Below, piece after piece: positions 21,613-29,948 of a DNA stretch of 64,000 nucleotides (the stretch's first letter is position 1; each line of letters begins with the position of its first letter). This DNA comes from Limisphaerales bacterium (lineage in GTDB: Bacteria; Verrucomicrobiota; Verrucomicrobiia; Limisphaerales; JAYPXF01). Both the position numbers and the translations under genes were made by a program. The notes below the pieces were generated by a model. That model had not been told where the DNA came from. It saw nothing but the letters and a program-made list of their open reading frames with translations, and ran no database searches. Location of the stretch: assembly GCA_047608975.1 (NCBI GenBank), contig JBLFYM010000006.1, positions 5,029-69,028 on the forward strand, written 5' to 3'.

Positions 21613-23277
21613 CTATCGCAGCCGCTCGCGGACGATATCAGGTAGTCGCCGGTCTCGGAGATTGACGATCTTCACATTCTTGTCGTTCTTCAGTTGGGGC
21701 CCGGGGGTGCTACGCCCGTTGGCAACCTGCTTTTGGAGAAGCGCGACCATCTTCGCCACGCGCTCAGGATGTTTCGCCGCAAGATTGAGGTCTTCGTGGG
21801 GATCGTTCGCGAGGTTGTAGAGTTGAACAAAGGGCGGGCTGAGCAGATCCGCGTCCTTTGGTTTGCCACTGAAATTCCCCAAAGCCTTCTTCCACCCGAC
21901 TTCGGGCGTGGGATCGTTGCCCTTCGCATTGGGAGACCTGGCGTTCGTACCGCTGCCCGGACACAGGCAGAGCTTCCAATCCCCATCACGCAGCACAAAC
22001 GGACCGATGGATTGCATGGTCAGATCTTTCCGTGTGCCTTTCGCCGAGGGCGCGCGCAGGAGTTTGGCAAAGCTGATGGAGTCCGGCGCTTCATGATCGG
22101 CAAGCTCCCCGTTCGCGAGTTCGGCAAAGGTGGCCATAAAATCGTTCAAGCCAACCAGCGCGTCGCAGGTTTCCCCGGGCGGAATGACACCCGGCCAATG
22201 GGCGATCAGAGGAACGCGTAGTCCGCCTTCATACACCGAAAACTTGTAGCCGCGATGCGGTCCACTGGGATAGTGACCAGCCGCCTCCAACTTCTTGATC
22301 TGACCCGGCGTCGCTTCCAGGATATTGCCGGCATAGGGAGCCGGCCCATGATCCGAGGAAAACAGAACCAGGGTATTTTCGCTTAGTCCGCCCGCCTTCA
22401 AAGCCTTCATCACGCGCTCAATGGAGTGGTCCACCTCCATCACAAAATCTCCATAGACCCCCAGCTTACTTTTGCCCCGCCAATTCACCCCGGGGCTCGT
22501 CGGCGTATGCGGGGCCGTCAAGGCAAGGAACAGAAAAAACGGACGATCTTTCTGCTGCTTCCGAATAAATTTTTCCGCTTCGACATAAAATGTCTCCAAC
22601 ACCTCATGATCCTGAAAATCCTTCTCGGAGGGGCCGACCCGATTGAATGCGCTCCAGCCTTTCTGCGCAGTGATCTCGCCCTGCCAAGCGTTGTTACGGG
22701 CGTAGGCGTAGGGATACATGTCGAGCGAGCCCGGCAGAATAAAGCTGTAGTCGAACCCAAACTGCACGGGTCCATAAGTCAACGGTTTTGTGAAATCAAC
22801 ATTGGCCAATCCCTGCTTCTTGCCGTCGAGCGTTTGCATCGTGGTGCCCAAATGCCATTTCCCAACATAGCCGGTGCGGTATCCTGATCGCCGGAGCAAC
22901 TTGCCGAGCGTCGATTTTTCCGTGTTCGGTCGCGGTCCCACAAAACCCCAAGGCCCCGTATTCACCGTGGCACCATAGCGCCAATTGTAGCGCCCGGTCA
23001 TGACCGCACGTCGCGTCGGCCCACAGACTGAAGCGCTCGGATGAGCGTCCGTGAAACGGACCCCGCCGGCAGCGAGAGCATCGATGTTCGGCGTGTCAAT
23101 CAGACAACGATCCCCGCCGTAACACTTCACATCACCAATCCCCAGATCATCCGCGAGGATGAAAACTATGTTGGGCCGCATCTGAGCGTTGCCAGTTTTC
23201 GACGGTGGACCCGTCGCTGCGTGGAGGGTCGAAAACAAGAAGACCGTAAACAAAGTTAAGAATCGCATTTTCACCAA
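21613..23277 (-). CDS. Arylsulfatase (formylglycine-dependent)
   Basis: PNIVFILADDLG, CGPTR (CxPxR), GKWHLG, SSDHG, GYKFSVYEGGLRVP. Confidence 0.92.
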   Translation of the reverse strand: MVKMRFLTLFTVFLFSTLHAATGPPSKTGNAQMRPNIVFILADDLGIGDVKCYGGDRCLIDTPNIDALAAGGVRFTDAHPSASVCGPTRRAVMTGRYNWRYGATVNTGPWGFVGPRPNTEKSTLGKLLRRSGYRTGYVGKWHLGTTMQTLDGKKQGLANVDFTKPLTYGPVQFGFDYSFILPGSLDMYPYAYARNNAWQGEITAQKGWSAFNRVGPSEKDFQDHEVLETFYVEAEKFIRKQQKDRPFFLFLALTAPHTPTSPGVNWRGKSKLGVYGDFVMEVDHSIERVMKALKAGGLSENTLVLFSSDHGPAPYAGNILEATPGQIKKLEAAGHYPSGPHRGYKFSVYEGGLRVPLIAHWPGVIPPGETCDALVGLNDFMATFAELANGELADHEAPDSISFAKLLRAPSAKGTRKDLTMQSIGPFVLRDGDWKLCLCPGSGTNARSPNAKGNDPTPEVGWKKALGNFSGKPKDADLLSPPFVQLYNLANDPHEDLNLAAKHPERVAKMVALLQKQVANGRSTPGPQLKNDKNVKIVNLRDRRLPDIVRERLR

Positions 23278-23421
23278 TCTATTTTTAACACCGAGATACT
23301 TTTCGAATGATCGAGCGGTGAGACATTACTCTGGGGCCTGTCAGAATGACCCGCCAGAAATTCCTGCAAAATCCGGATCGACAGATCAACGTTGCGGGAG
23401 AAATCAGAGCTGTCGGGAGAA

Positions 23422-23436
23422 ATGAAAATGGAGCCA
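23422..23436 (-). mobile_element. Putative att site: direct repeat of tRNA-Thr 3' end plus flank
   Basis: atgaaaatggagcca versus atgaaaaatggagcca at 51187-51202 (tRNA 3' end). Confidence 0.55.
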
Positions 23437-23471
23437 TCAGACATGGCGTAACCCCCTATCATTGGCGTTTT
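23431..23471 (+). repeat. 41-bp perfect inverted repeat, left copy
   Basis: gagccatcagacatggcgtaaccccctatcattggcgtttt is the exact reverse complement of 50890-50930. Confidence 0.95.
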
Positions 23472-23530
23472 CGGTGAAAAATCGCCCTTTTTCTCTGCGG
23501 TTCGAGAACTCTTTCCAACGGGAGGCGCAT

Positions 23531-23902
23531 CGTGACAGAGGGGTGTGTCACGTCTCGGTGTCGCAATAGTCAATGTTTGCAGTGTTTTTTCGCGGGTAGT
23601 CTGGAAGTTGTGACTCCGCTCAATTTGGGGCGTCACGCCATTCGCCGAGGGTAACTATGTTTAACTCCATGTTTAACTCGATGTGTGACGGGTGTGACGG
23701 CCCTTTGGGCGAAGCCCAACCCCCAGTGAGGACGGGCGCTTGGCCCAGAGCGGGGCGGTCTCTCTCTCTCCCTTTATCTCTTTCTTATCATTGAAATAGA
23801 AAAAGTAGTGTCACAGGTGTCATCAATTGTGTCCACGGATCTGGCGCTCTTGGAGCGACGACCCGCATGCCGGGTGGTGTGGGAGCCGGAGTTAACACTC
23901 CC
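23531..23902. repeat. Cluster of short direct and inverted repeats, ori/iteron-like
   Basis: cgtgaca-N8-tgtcacg, atgtttaactc x2 (12-bp period), gtgtgacgg x2 (9-bp period), CT/AT tract, gtgtcac/gtgtcat (9-bp period, inverted), ggagt-taac-actcc. Confidence 0.7.
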
Positions 23903-23954
23903 GGCGACCCGATTAGGCAGCCGGTAAAATCTCAAATCCATATCCGCTCCGTCA

Positions 23955-24539
23955 TCAGTGATCGTGTATGTGTCCAGACCGCCGTAACTCAAAGAAACAC
24001 CGAGCACAAGCCTCCAAGTCAGCTTCGGCGTCGTGTGCGCCATGATACTCCTGACCGAATAGGTGCTCGTGAAGCTCCTGCAAGGTCGGCCACTTGTATC
24101 CTGTGCCAGGCTGCTTGGGTATCCGGCAGAGATCGGTCGTGCTCTTCATGGTGCAGACTGCCGGTAAGCTGAGAAACGCTCCGAGACACCTCGAACGAAC
24201 AAGCTCGGCACCGACAACGCCTCGGTCGTATTCGAGGTTGTGGGCGACCAATGTGACGCGCCCGCGCTGTATCGCGGCTGTGAAACGAGTGAGCACTCGC
24301 TCGACATCTTCGCCCGCACTTACCGCCTGTGCATGAGTAATCCCGTGAATTCGTGACGCCTCCGCCGGAATCGTAAAACCACTCGGACGGACAATGAAAC
24401 TGTGGGGGTCGCACACGGAACGCGAGGAATCGTAAATCGCCCATCCGAGCTGAACTATTCTCGGCCACCCGTCAACATCCTGAACTGAAAGATTGCGACT
24501 GCGCGGCAAACCGGTCGTCTCACAATCAAAGAAAAGTAG
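23955..24539 (-). CDS. DEDDh 3'-5' exonuclease (DnaQ-like); no start codon upstream of the ExoI motif
   Basis: In-frame LLFFDCETTGLP upstream of the TTG at 24509; AHNLEYD; HDAEAD. Confidence 0.8.
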   Translation of the reverse strand, partial: LLFFDCETTGLPRSRNLSVQDVDGWPRIVQLGWAIYDSSRSVCDPHSFIVRPSGFTIPAEASRIHGITHAQAVSAGEDVERVLTRFTAAIQRGRVTLVAHNLEYDRGVVGAELVRSRCLGAFLSLPAVCTMKSTTDLCRIPKQPGTGYKWPTLQELHEHLFGQEYHGAHDAEADLEACARCFFELRRSGHIHDH

Positions 24540-24546
24540 TCCCTGA

Positions 24547-24909
24547 CTAAATCCCGTGCTGTTTCCGGTGGCAGTCCCGGCATATTGCCTTGAGGTAACT
24601 CATGTTCTCTCGCTTGAAACTCATGCGACCGAAACTCTTGGGGTAACGCACGTGATGCACCTGCTTCCACTTGTCCGACCGCAGATACTCCCCGTATGCG
24701 CTGTGCCACTCCTCGCGCCGCTCTGCCTCCTGCCGCTCTCTCTCGATACGCTGCTGCTCCAAACGGGTCCGTAACTCGCGCTCACGCTGCTCTCGCTCCT
24801 GCTGCTCCCGAAGAAGCTCCTCTGGCGTCTTTGGTGGAGTCTGCTGCAGCCACCAGCCGAAAATGTGGACTGCGAGCCAGGTACTGCCAATGATGAGAAA
24901 AATTTCCAT
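24547..24909 (-). pseudogene. TM-coiled-coil protein with HNH-like C-terminus, apparently internally deleted
   Basis: MEIFLIIGSTWLAVHIFGWW TM, E/R/Q coiled coil, YGEYLRSDKWK joined directly to QVHHVRYP...LKAICRDCHRKQH. Confidence 0.65.
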
Positions 24910-25079
24910 GCGCTGTTGTTGTGTGGCTCTCGCCATGACCGAGGGCGTAGGCTGCCTAACGTCCTGCATCAGCCACCGACTGCCGGCGGCGAGCTTTGAT
25001 TCCACCCCGTGACAGCGGCGGGGTAGCTACCCTCAGACATCGATTCCCCGAGGGCAGGTGGTTGGTATCCTCGCCTTGT

Positions 25080-25120
25080 GTCTGCCCGGCATGGGCGTGT
25101 TGTAATGGGGTGAAAGTCCC
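25080..25120 (+). mobile_element. Group IIC intron 5'-end remnant
   Basis: GTCTGCCCGGCATGGGCGTG...GGGTGAAAGTCCC resembles IIC 5' consensus GTGYGCCCGGCATGGG...GGGTGAAAGTCCC; follows a short hairpin; no RT or domain V seen. Confidence 0.55.
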
Positions 25121-25188
25121 TGGTTCATGAACTCAATGAAAGTCGAAGAACCAGAGTGCGGCCACACCGATGACGCTGCTTATCATTT

Positions 25189-25515
25189 GTGTGTTGTTTG
25201 GCACGTGGCCAAATCCAAGAGGAAGCGATTGCGGGTTGCGCAACGGCATTCCTAACAGTGTTGCTTCCAGGTCTCCTCGCGCCAAAAAGACGCACTCTTG
25301 TTGCTCTGGTCATCTTCGTTTTGGGCGCAATCTATGCTTGGAATATCGTCACTCGTCACGATTGGTCAACGGGAGATCCAGTCCATCTTTCGATTTTGTG
25401 CACTTACCTCGGCGGAGCAGTCGCGCTTGCATTGGTTGCGGCCATCGACATTTCCAGTTCCACTCGAAGAGGTCGCCCTTCGAATGACAACAGCCAATCG
25501 GGGCGACGGGAGTGA
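25189..25515 (+). CDS. Small hypothetical membrane protein (possibly 5'-frameshifted)
   Basis: Three hydrophobic segments; overlapping frame 25170 has a hydrophobic start MTLLIICVLFG. Confidence 0.4.
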   Translation: MCCLARGQIQEEAIAGCATAFLTVLLPGLLAPKRRTLVALVIFVLGAIYAWNIVTRHDWSTGDPVHLSILCTYLGGAVALALVAAIDISSSTRRGRPSNDNSQSGRRE

Positions 25516-25606
25516 ATCGCTATCCACTGCGTTTTCATGCCCGGAACCCGTTGCTTCTGCAGCGCCATCCGATCTACCGAAGCCGTATGGCTAGAGTTGA
25601 ATTGAA

Positions 25607-25736
25607 GTAGGATGGACCTGTGGTCGGTCCAGTTGGATGTGTGACAGGCATCAGGGCTGGCAAACGACTCCGAAATCTTACTCACCATTGGGCTGGCATC
25701 CCGCGCGTCCATGGACGGACCACAGGTCCATCCTAC
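25607..25736. repeat. REPIN-like element: two inverted GTAG-type REP hairpins
   Basis: gtaggatggacctgtggtcggtcca (25607-25631) and tggacggaccacaggtccatcctac (25712-25736), 24/25 identical inverted. Confidence 0.85.
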
Positions 25737-25819
25737 CTTGGCGTTCCTTGCAGTCGCCGGGTTCTGGATTGCAACGTTACGACTAAGCCCTGTCGCTCGG
25801 CTGGATTACGCAAAGAACC

Positions 25820-25838
25820 GTAGGATGGGCATTCCTAC
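25820..25838. repeat. Collapsed or partial GTAG REP
   Basis: gtaggatgggcattcctac; shares gtaggatgg with the REPIN, with GTAGGA...TCCTAC ends. Confidence 0.55.
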
Positions 25839-25938
25839 TTGGGCTCTCGTTGTGCAATCGCTTGTTTTTCGACTGCAATGTCTCAGCTAGGATCTGGGGG
25901 CATTTTTGGAACCAGCCACGCTCTTCAGCAGTCATCCA

Positions 25939-28077
25939 CTAGAACGTAAGCGTTGCGCCAATTCCGACACTTCGCCCCGGAAGTGGAGCGACGTCTTTTG
26001 CCACCGAGACATGGTTGCGGGCGTCGGCGTTCAGAAGATTGTTTCCCTTGATGAACAGACTTAGGTCTCGATTCCCCCATTTGCGGGTGTGAGTGAGGTC
26101 GGCGTTGAGCAGGGTGTAAGATTTGGTCGGCGTTTCGAAATTTCGCTGGAGGCGATTCTGCGCGAACGAGTGACGGACCTCGGCTCCGAGTTTCCACGGG
26201 CCTTGGCTGTATTCGACGCGATTGCCCACGCGGACCGGAGGGAAACGCGGGATGGCTGTGTCTTGATTGAGATCGGTCGCGCGGACGGAGTCAGCGCTGA
26301 AGTGGTAGGTGAGGCTGGAGTTGGTGGAAGCGGGGAGGAGTTCGTATTCGAGCTGCAATTCGGCACCTTCGAATTTTGCGCGGGTCTGGATGTAGCGAAA
26401 GATGGGCAGACCGTTGACTTCCCAACCGGGACCGATGCCAGTGACGAAGATGTAGTTGTCGAAGTTGTAGGTAAAGTAGGTGACCGAACCGGTCAGTCGG
26501 CCTTTGGTTTTGCGTAAGCTGAATTCGTAGTTCTCGGAACGTTCAAGATCGATTCCGCCCTCGGCTGGTTTGAGGAAGGGAATGCGGTACCAGGCGCCGA
26601 CTTCAAAGGTGCCGGCGGCCAGGTGGGGGCCATTGGAGAAAAGCTCGGTGGAGTTTGGCGGACGGCGGGCGCGAGACCAATTGGCCGCGATTTCAAATCC
26701 GTCCCAGAGCTGCAGTTCGAGTCCGGCGGAAAGGCTGTGCGAATCGTAGGTAAGTCGTTCTTGCCGGATGTTGGCGAAGTTGACGTCCATGATCTGGGTT
26801 TCGAAGCGCCCACCTGCCTGAAGTTTGAGCGGGCCGAGTTCGAGGTTCTCGATGACGTATCCGGCGAAGTTTTCAGTCTGGCTGTCGGGCGTGTTCACTT
26901 CAGGGCCGCGACTGCCGAAGTCGATTGTTCTCCACGTTCCGCCGATGCGTCCGCTGAGTCCACGAAATCGTGCGTGCGTGAGGTCGAGTTTGGTTTCGGT
27001 GGTGGTGTTGCCGAAGTTGTTGTCCAACGTGGCAGCAGCTTCACTTTCTGCGTGTTGGTAGTCGGACCAAGTCCCGCGAAGTTCAATTTCGTCAATCGCA
27101 GCGATCGGGTTGTAGAGTTCGAATTCTCCGTTAAAGCGGATCTGATCGAGGTCAACGGCAACGTCGTTGATCTGCCGATTGACACCGGGACCGAAGTGGC
27201 TGTGAGCGTCCGCATGAAAAGGCACGCCGTATTCGGATTCGATACGGGTGATCGATGCGCCAACACGCCCCTTCTCCCAGAACGTTCCGATGCCACCAGA
27301 TGCGGTCAGTCGATCCGTCCAGGTGTTGGGTAGGGTTCCTTCAGGGTTGGTTGTGGGGTCGTGTGGGTTGAGACGTGCTTTGCCGGGGATATCGTAGTCT
27401 TGGGAAATGCTGCGAAGGACATTGAATTGCAGTGCGAGGTTTTCATTTCCGAGAGTAAGCGCAGTCACTCCGGTTCGTTCCCGAGAAGCGCTTTCCCAGC
27501 GAAGGGATGAGACGCCTTCGTACGACTTGGCCGGTGCGCGTCGTGGAATGCTCTTCGATTTGACGTTCACGACCCCTCCGATGGCAGATCCGCCGAACTC
27601 CAAAGTGGAGGGACCACGCAGGACTTCAATCTCTTCGGAGAGCAGGCTCTCCGCGGTGACTGCGTGGTCGGGGCTGGTCTGAGAAATATCGCCGGTGCCG
27701 ACGCCATCAGAAAGCATCCGTACGCGGTCACCGCTGAACCCGCGAATGACGGGGCGGCTAGATCCCGGACCAAAGGAGGATGAAGTGATGCCCGGTTCCC
27801 ACATCAGTGTGTCGCCAAGCGATGGAGCAATCTTGAGCTGCAAATCAGCGGCATCGAGAAGCGTACGGGATTGAATGATGCGCGTGTCGATGAGGGGAGT
27901 GCTCTCATCCGCCCGGACAACGATTTCATCCAGGATAAAAAGGTTGGTTGATACGGGAACGGTTTCCTGAGCGAACGAGTGAGTGACGCCAAACAAAATT
28001 GCAAACGCAACAATGCAACGGGGCAACGAGTAGTTGCTCAACGGGCGGTATTCATGCTCACGATTCTGTGTATGCAA
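25939..28077 (-). CDS. TonB-dependent receptor, ZnuD-like
   Basis: Signal peptide, plug motifs SSRPVIRG, PDHAV, IEVLRGP, His loop YGVPFHADAHSH, C-terminal Phe (GATLTF). Confidence 0.9.
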   Translation of the reverse strand: MHTQNREHEYRPLSNYSLPRCIVAFAILFGVTHSFAQETVPVSTNLFILDEIVVRADESTPLIDTRIIQSRTLLDAADLQLKIAPSLGDTLMWEPGITSSSFGPGSSRPVIRGFSGDRVRMLSDGVGTGDISQTSPDHAVTAESLLSEEIEVLRGPSTLEFGGSAIGGVVNVKSKSIPRRAPAKSYEGVSSLRWESASRERTGVTALTLGNENLALQFNVLRSISQDYDIPGKARLNPHDPTTNPEGTLPNTWTDRLTASGGIGTFWEKGRVGASITRIESEYGVPFHADAHSHFGPGVNRQINDVAVDLDQIRFNGEFELYNPIAAIDEIELRGTWSDYQHAESEAAATLDNNFGNTTTETKLDLTHARFRGLSGRIGGTWRTIDFGSRGPEVNTPDSQTENFAGYVIENLELGPLKLQAGGRFETQIMDVNFANIRQERLTYDSHSLSAGLELQLWDGFEIAANWSRARRPPNSTELFSNGPHLAAGTFEVGAWYRIPFLKPAEGGIDLERSENYEFSLRKTKGRLTGSVTYFTYNFDNYIFVTGIGPGWEVNGLPIFRYIQTRAKFEGAELQLEYELLPASTNSSLTYHFSADSVRATDLNQDTAIPRFPPVRVGNRVEYSQGPWKLGAEVRHSFAQNRLQRNFETPTKSYTLLNADLTHTRKWGNRDLSLFIKGNNLLNADARNHVSVAKDVAPLPGRSVGIGATLTF

Positions 28078-28183
28078 AGCGTCGTTCCCAGCTTGGCGGC
28101 GCGAACGATGCCAGCCAAAATCATTCGTTCAAGCCGCGATCTCAATTTCAGCGGATGCGCACCATAATACTGGGGATTTAGTA

Positions 28184-28200
28184 TTGCAAATGGTTTGCAA
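28184..28200. promoter_or_regulatory. Palindromic operator (Fur/Zur-type), copy 1
   Basis: (A)TTGCAAA-TGG-TTTGCAA(T) perfect 8-3-8 palindrome between divergent genes; overlaps TTGCAA-N16-TATGTT (+) and TTGCAA-N17-TATGGT (-) promoter-like arrangements. Confidence 0.85.
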
Positions 28201-28225
28201 TTCGATATGTTGCCCCACCTTTGTG

Positions 28226-29887
28226 ATGAACGGATCGAAGTTGTATTCTGGGTTTCTCGCCTTGCTTGTCGCCGGCTTGGTATTCTCCGCACCAAGCGGC
28301 CGTAGTGCGGAATTGATCACCAATGGGCACTACGACCTCAACGTGACCTTCTCCAACAACGTTGGCTGGGCGTTCAATTGGTACAACTTCGACAATGAAG
28401 CCCGAATCCCAAGCCCATTGATCGACATAGCCGTTATGGAGGCGGCTCGCACAACCGTGCCAGGCAACGGATTTTCGGCGCTCGGAGCAAGCCCGGGCGA
28501 TCCCGTCTGGATCCTGCCGCAAACCCAGACTCCGGATATCACTTTCCTCGGTTATCGCATGGCCGATGCGGATCCGAACGAGTTTTTTGCGCTTTTTGGC
28601 ACACCGATCGTTGGCCTGAAGGTTACCGAAGTTCGTGGTAGTGGCCCGGATCGTGGAGGGTTCTTTTCAGGCTATCAGACTGGCTTGGGCACTCCGACTT
28701 TCCAATACACTTCGGCGGACGGGTTCGACAACAACGACGCGATTGCCGTTCCGTTGGGGGCACATGCGCACTACAGTTGGGCCTTCACCAAGCCTGGAGA
28801 GTATCAGGTGAATTTTGAGGCGGAAGGCGATCATCGGACGGGTGGCGCAACCAATGGCTCGGGCGCATTCACTTTCTTCGTTCCCGGCGGAATGACCAAT
28901 CTCCACATCCTCGACGGCGACCATGCCTCTTTCCTCTTCGGATTCACCAGCAATTCAGTGGAGTTGAACGTGGGCGGCGAAGTCGAAGGCATTCCCAACT
29001 CCTATGACAACAAGATCCGTTCACCGGAAGAAACGTTGTTTTACGACAAAGCTTCTGACATTCAGCTCACCGTCCCAGCCGCCGGATTCGATTTCCTTGG
29101 CAACCCGGGAGAAACCATCTGGGCCTTCCCGCAGAGCTATAATCCCAACACAATCTTTCTTGGTCTCCGTTCAGAGGGCATCACCAATGGCGCAGTGATG
29201 AACGATGCGGTGGAAATGCGACTGATTGACGTGGATGGTCCCACCAACGGCAACTTCAGCTTCTTCCAAGTCGATGCGTTCGGCGCTGCGAATCTGTTTA
29301 TGGACTCCGGCGACGGAGTGGATCCCAACGTGGACAAACACGTCTTCGGGGCCAACGGTCACGATCACTACTTCTGGGCCTTCACCAAGACCGGCCGCTA
29401 TCGCGTCTCGTTCCAACTTGCCGCCACGAACACCACCGGCACTCCCATCACGTCTCGGGTCTACGAAACCCAGTTCGGCATCGGCGCGCTTCCGGGATTC
29501 CACGATGACGATGGCAACGGCATCGACGATCATTGGGAAACCCGTCACGGCTTTACCACTCCGGCGGATCCCAATGCCGACCCGGACAACGACAACAAGA
29601 CCAACCTGAAGGAATATCTCTTCGACAGCGATCCGCAGACTTCGGACACAAACGCCCCCGTCTTCCGTATCATGAACTCCGCGAATTCGATTTCGATGGA
29701 GGTCAACACTGTGGAAGGCCGTCAATATCGCCTCATGTATTCCGATGATCTCACCACTTGGAAACCCGGCAGCGAAAAGATTCTTGGCCAGCGAGCACTG
29801 CTTCCCTTCCTCGATGACGGCAATGGTCTGATCCAGGGCCCACCCACCAATCGTTTCTATCGATTGGATATTTCTTCTCCACAGTAA
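28226..29887 (+). CDS. Secreted protein with two choice-of-anchor M (TIGR03769-like) domains, Asp-rich Ca-binding repeat and RFYRL tail
   Basis: NGHYDL...PVWILPQ...HAHYSWAFTKPGEY; second domain HDHYFWAFTKTGRY; DDDGNGIDD/DPDNDNKTN; ends NRFYRLDISSPQ. Confidence 0.85.
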   Translation: MNGSKLYSGFLALLVAGLVFSAPSGRSAELITNGHYDLNVTFSNNVGWAFNWYNFDNEARIPSPLIDIAVMEAARTTVPGNGFSALGASPGDPVWILPQTQTPDITFLGYRMADADPNEFFALFGTPIVGLKVTEVRGSGPDRGGFFSGYQTGLGTPTFQYTSADGFDNNDAIAVPLGAHAHYSWAFTKPGEYQVNFEAEGDHRTGGATNGSGAFTFFVPGGMTNLHILDGDHASFLFGFTSNSVELNVGGEVEGIPNSYDNKIRSPEETLFYDKASDIQLTVPAAGFDFLGNPGETIWAFPQSYNPNTIFLGLRSEGITNGAVMNDAVEMRLIDVDGPTNGNFSFFQVDAFGAANLFMDSGDGVDPNVDKHVFGANGHDHYFWAFTKTGRYRVSFQLAATNTTGTPITSRVYETQFGIGALPGFHDDDGNGIDDHWETRHGFTTPADPNADPDNDNKTNLKEYLFDSDPQTSDTNAPVFRIMNSANSISMEVNTVEGRQYRLMYSDDLTTWKPGSEKILGQRALLPFLDDGNGLIQGPPTNRFYRLDISSPQ

Positions 29888-29948
29888 ATAGCAGCCAACG
29901 TCAGCGGCTCGAACTTCGCTGCGTTTCCGAGCGTTCTTACGTCGACTG

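Noticed and set aside
23271-23636. 121-aa ORF across the att/inverted repeat
   Set aside because: No recognisable motifs; spans a recombination junction; probably spurious
25578-25600. gaagccgtatg as group II intron domain V
   Set aside because: Lacks the complementary 3' arm (cacgtacggttc-like) and domain VI
28008-28030. ttgcaaacgcaacaatgcaa as a sixth operator
   Set aside because: Spacing is 6 rather than 3 and it lies inside the receptor signal-peptide coding region
28078-28183. Cobalamin riboswitch upstream of the TonB receptor
   Set aside because: No B12-box or conserved core seen; the palindromic operator explains the region
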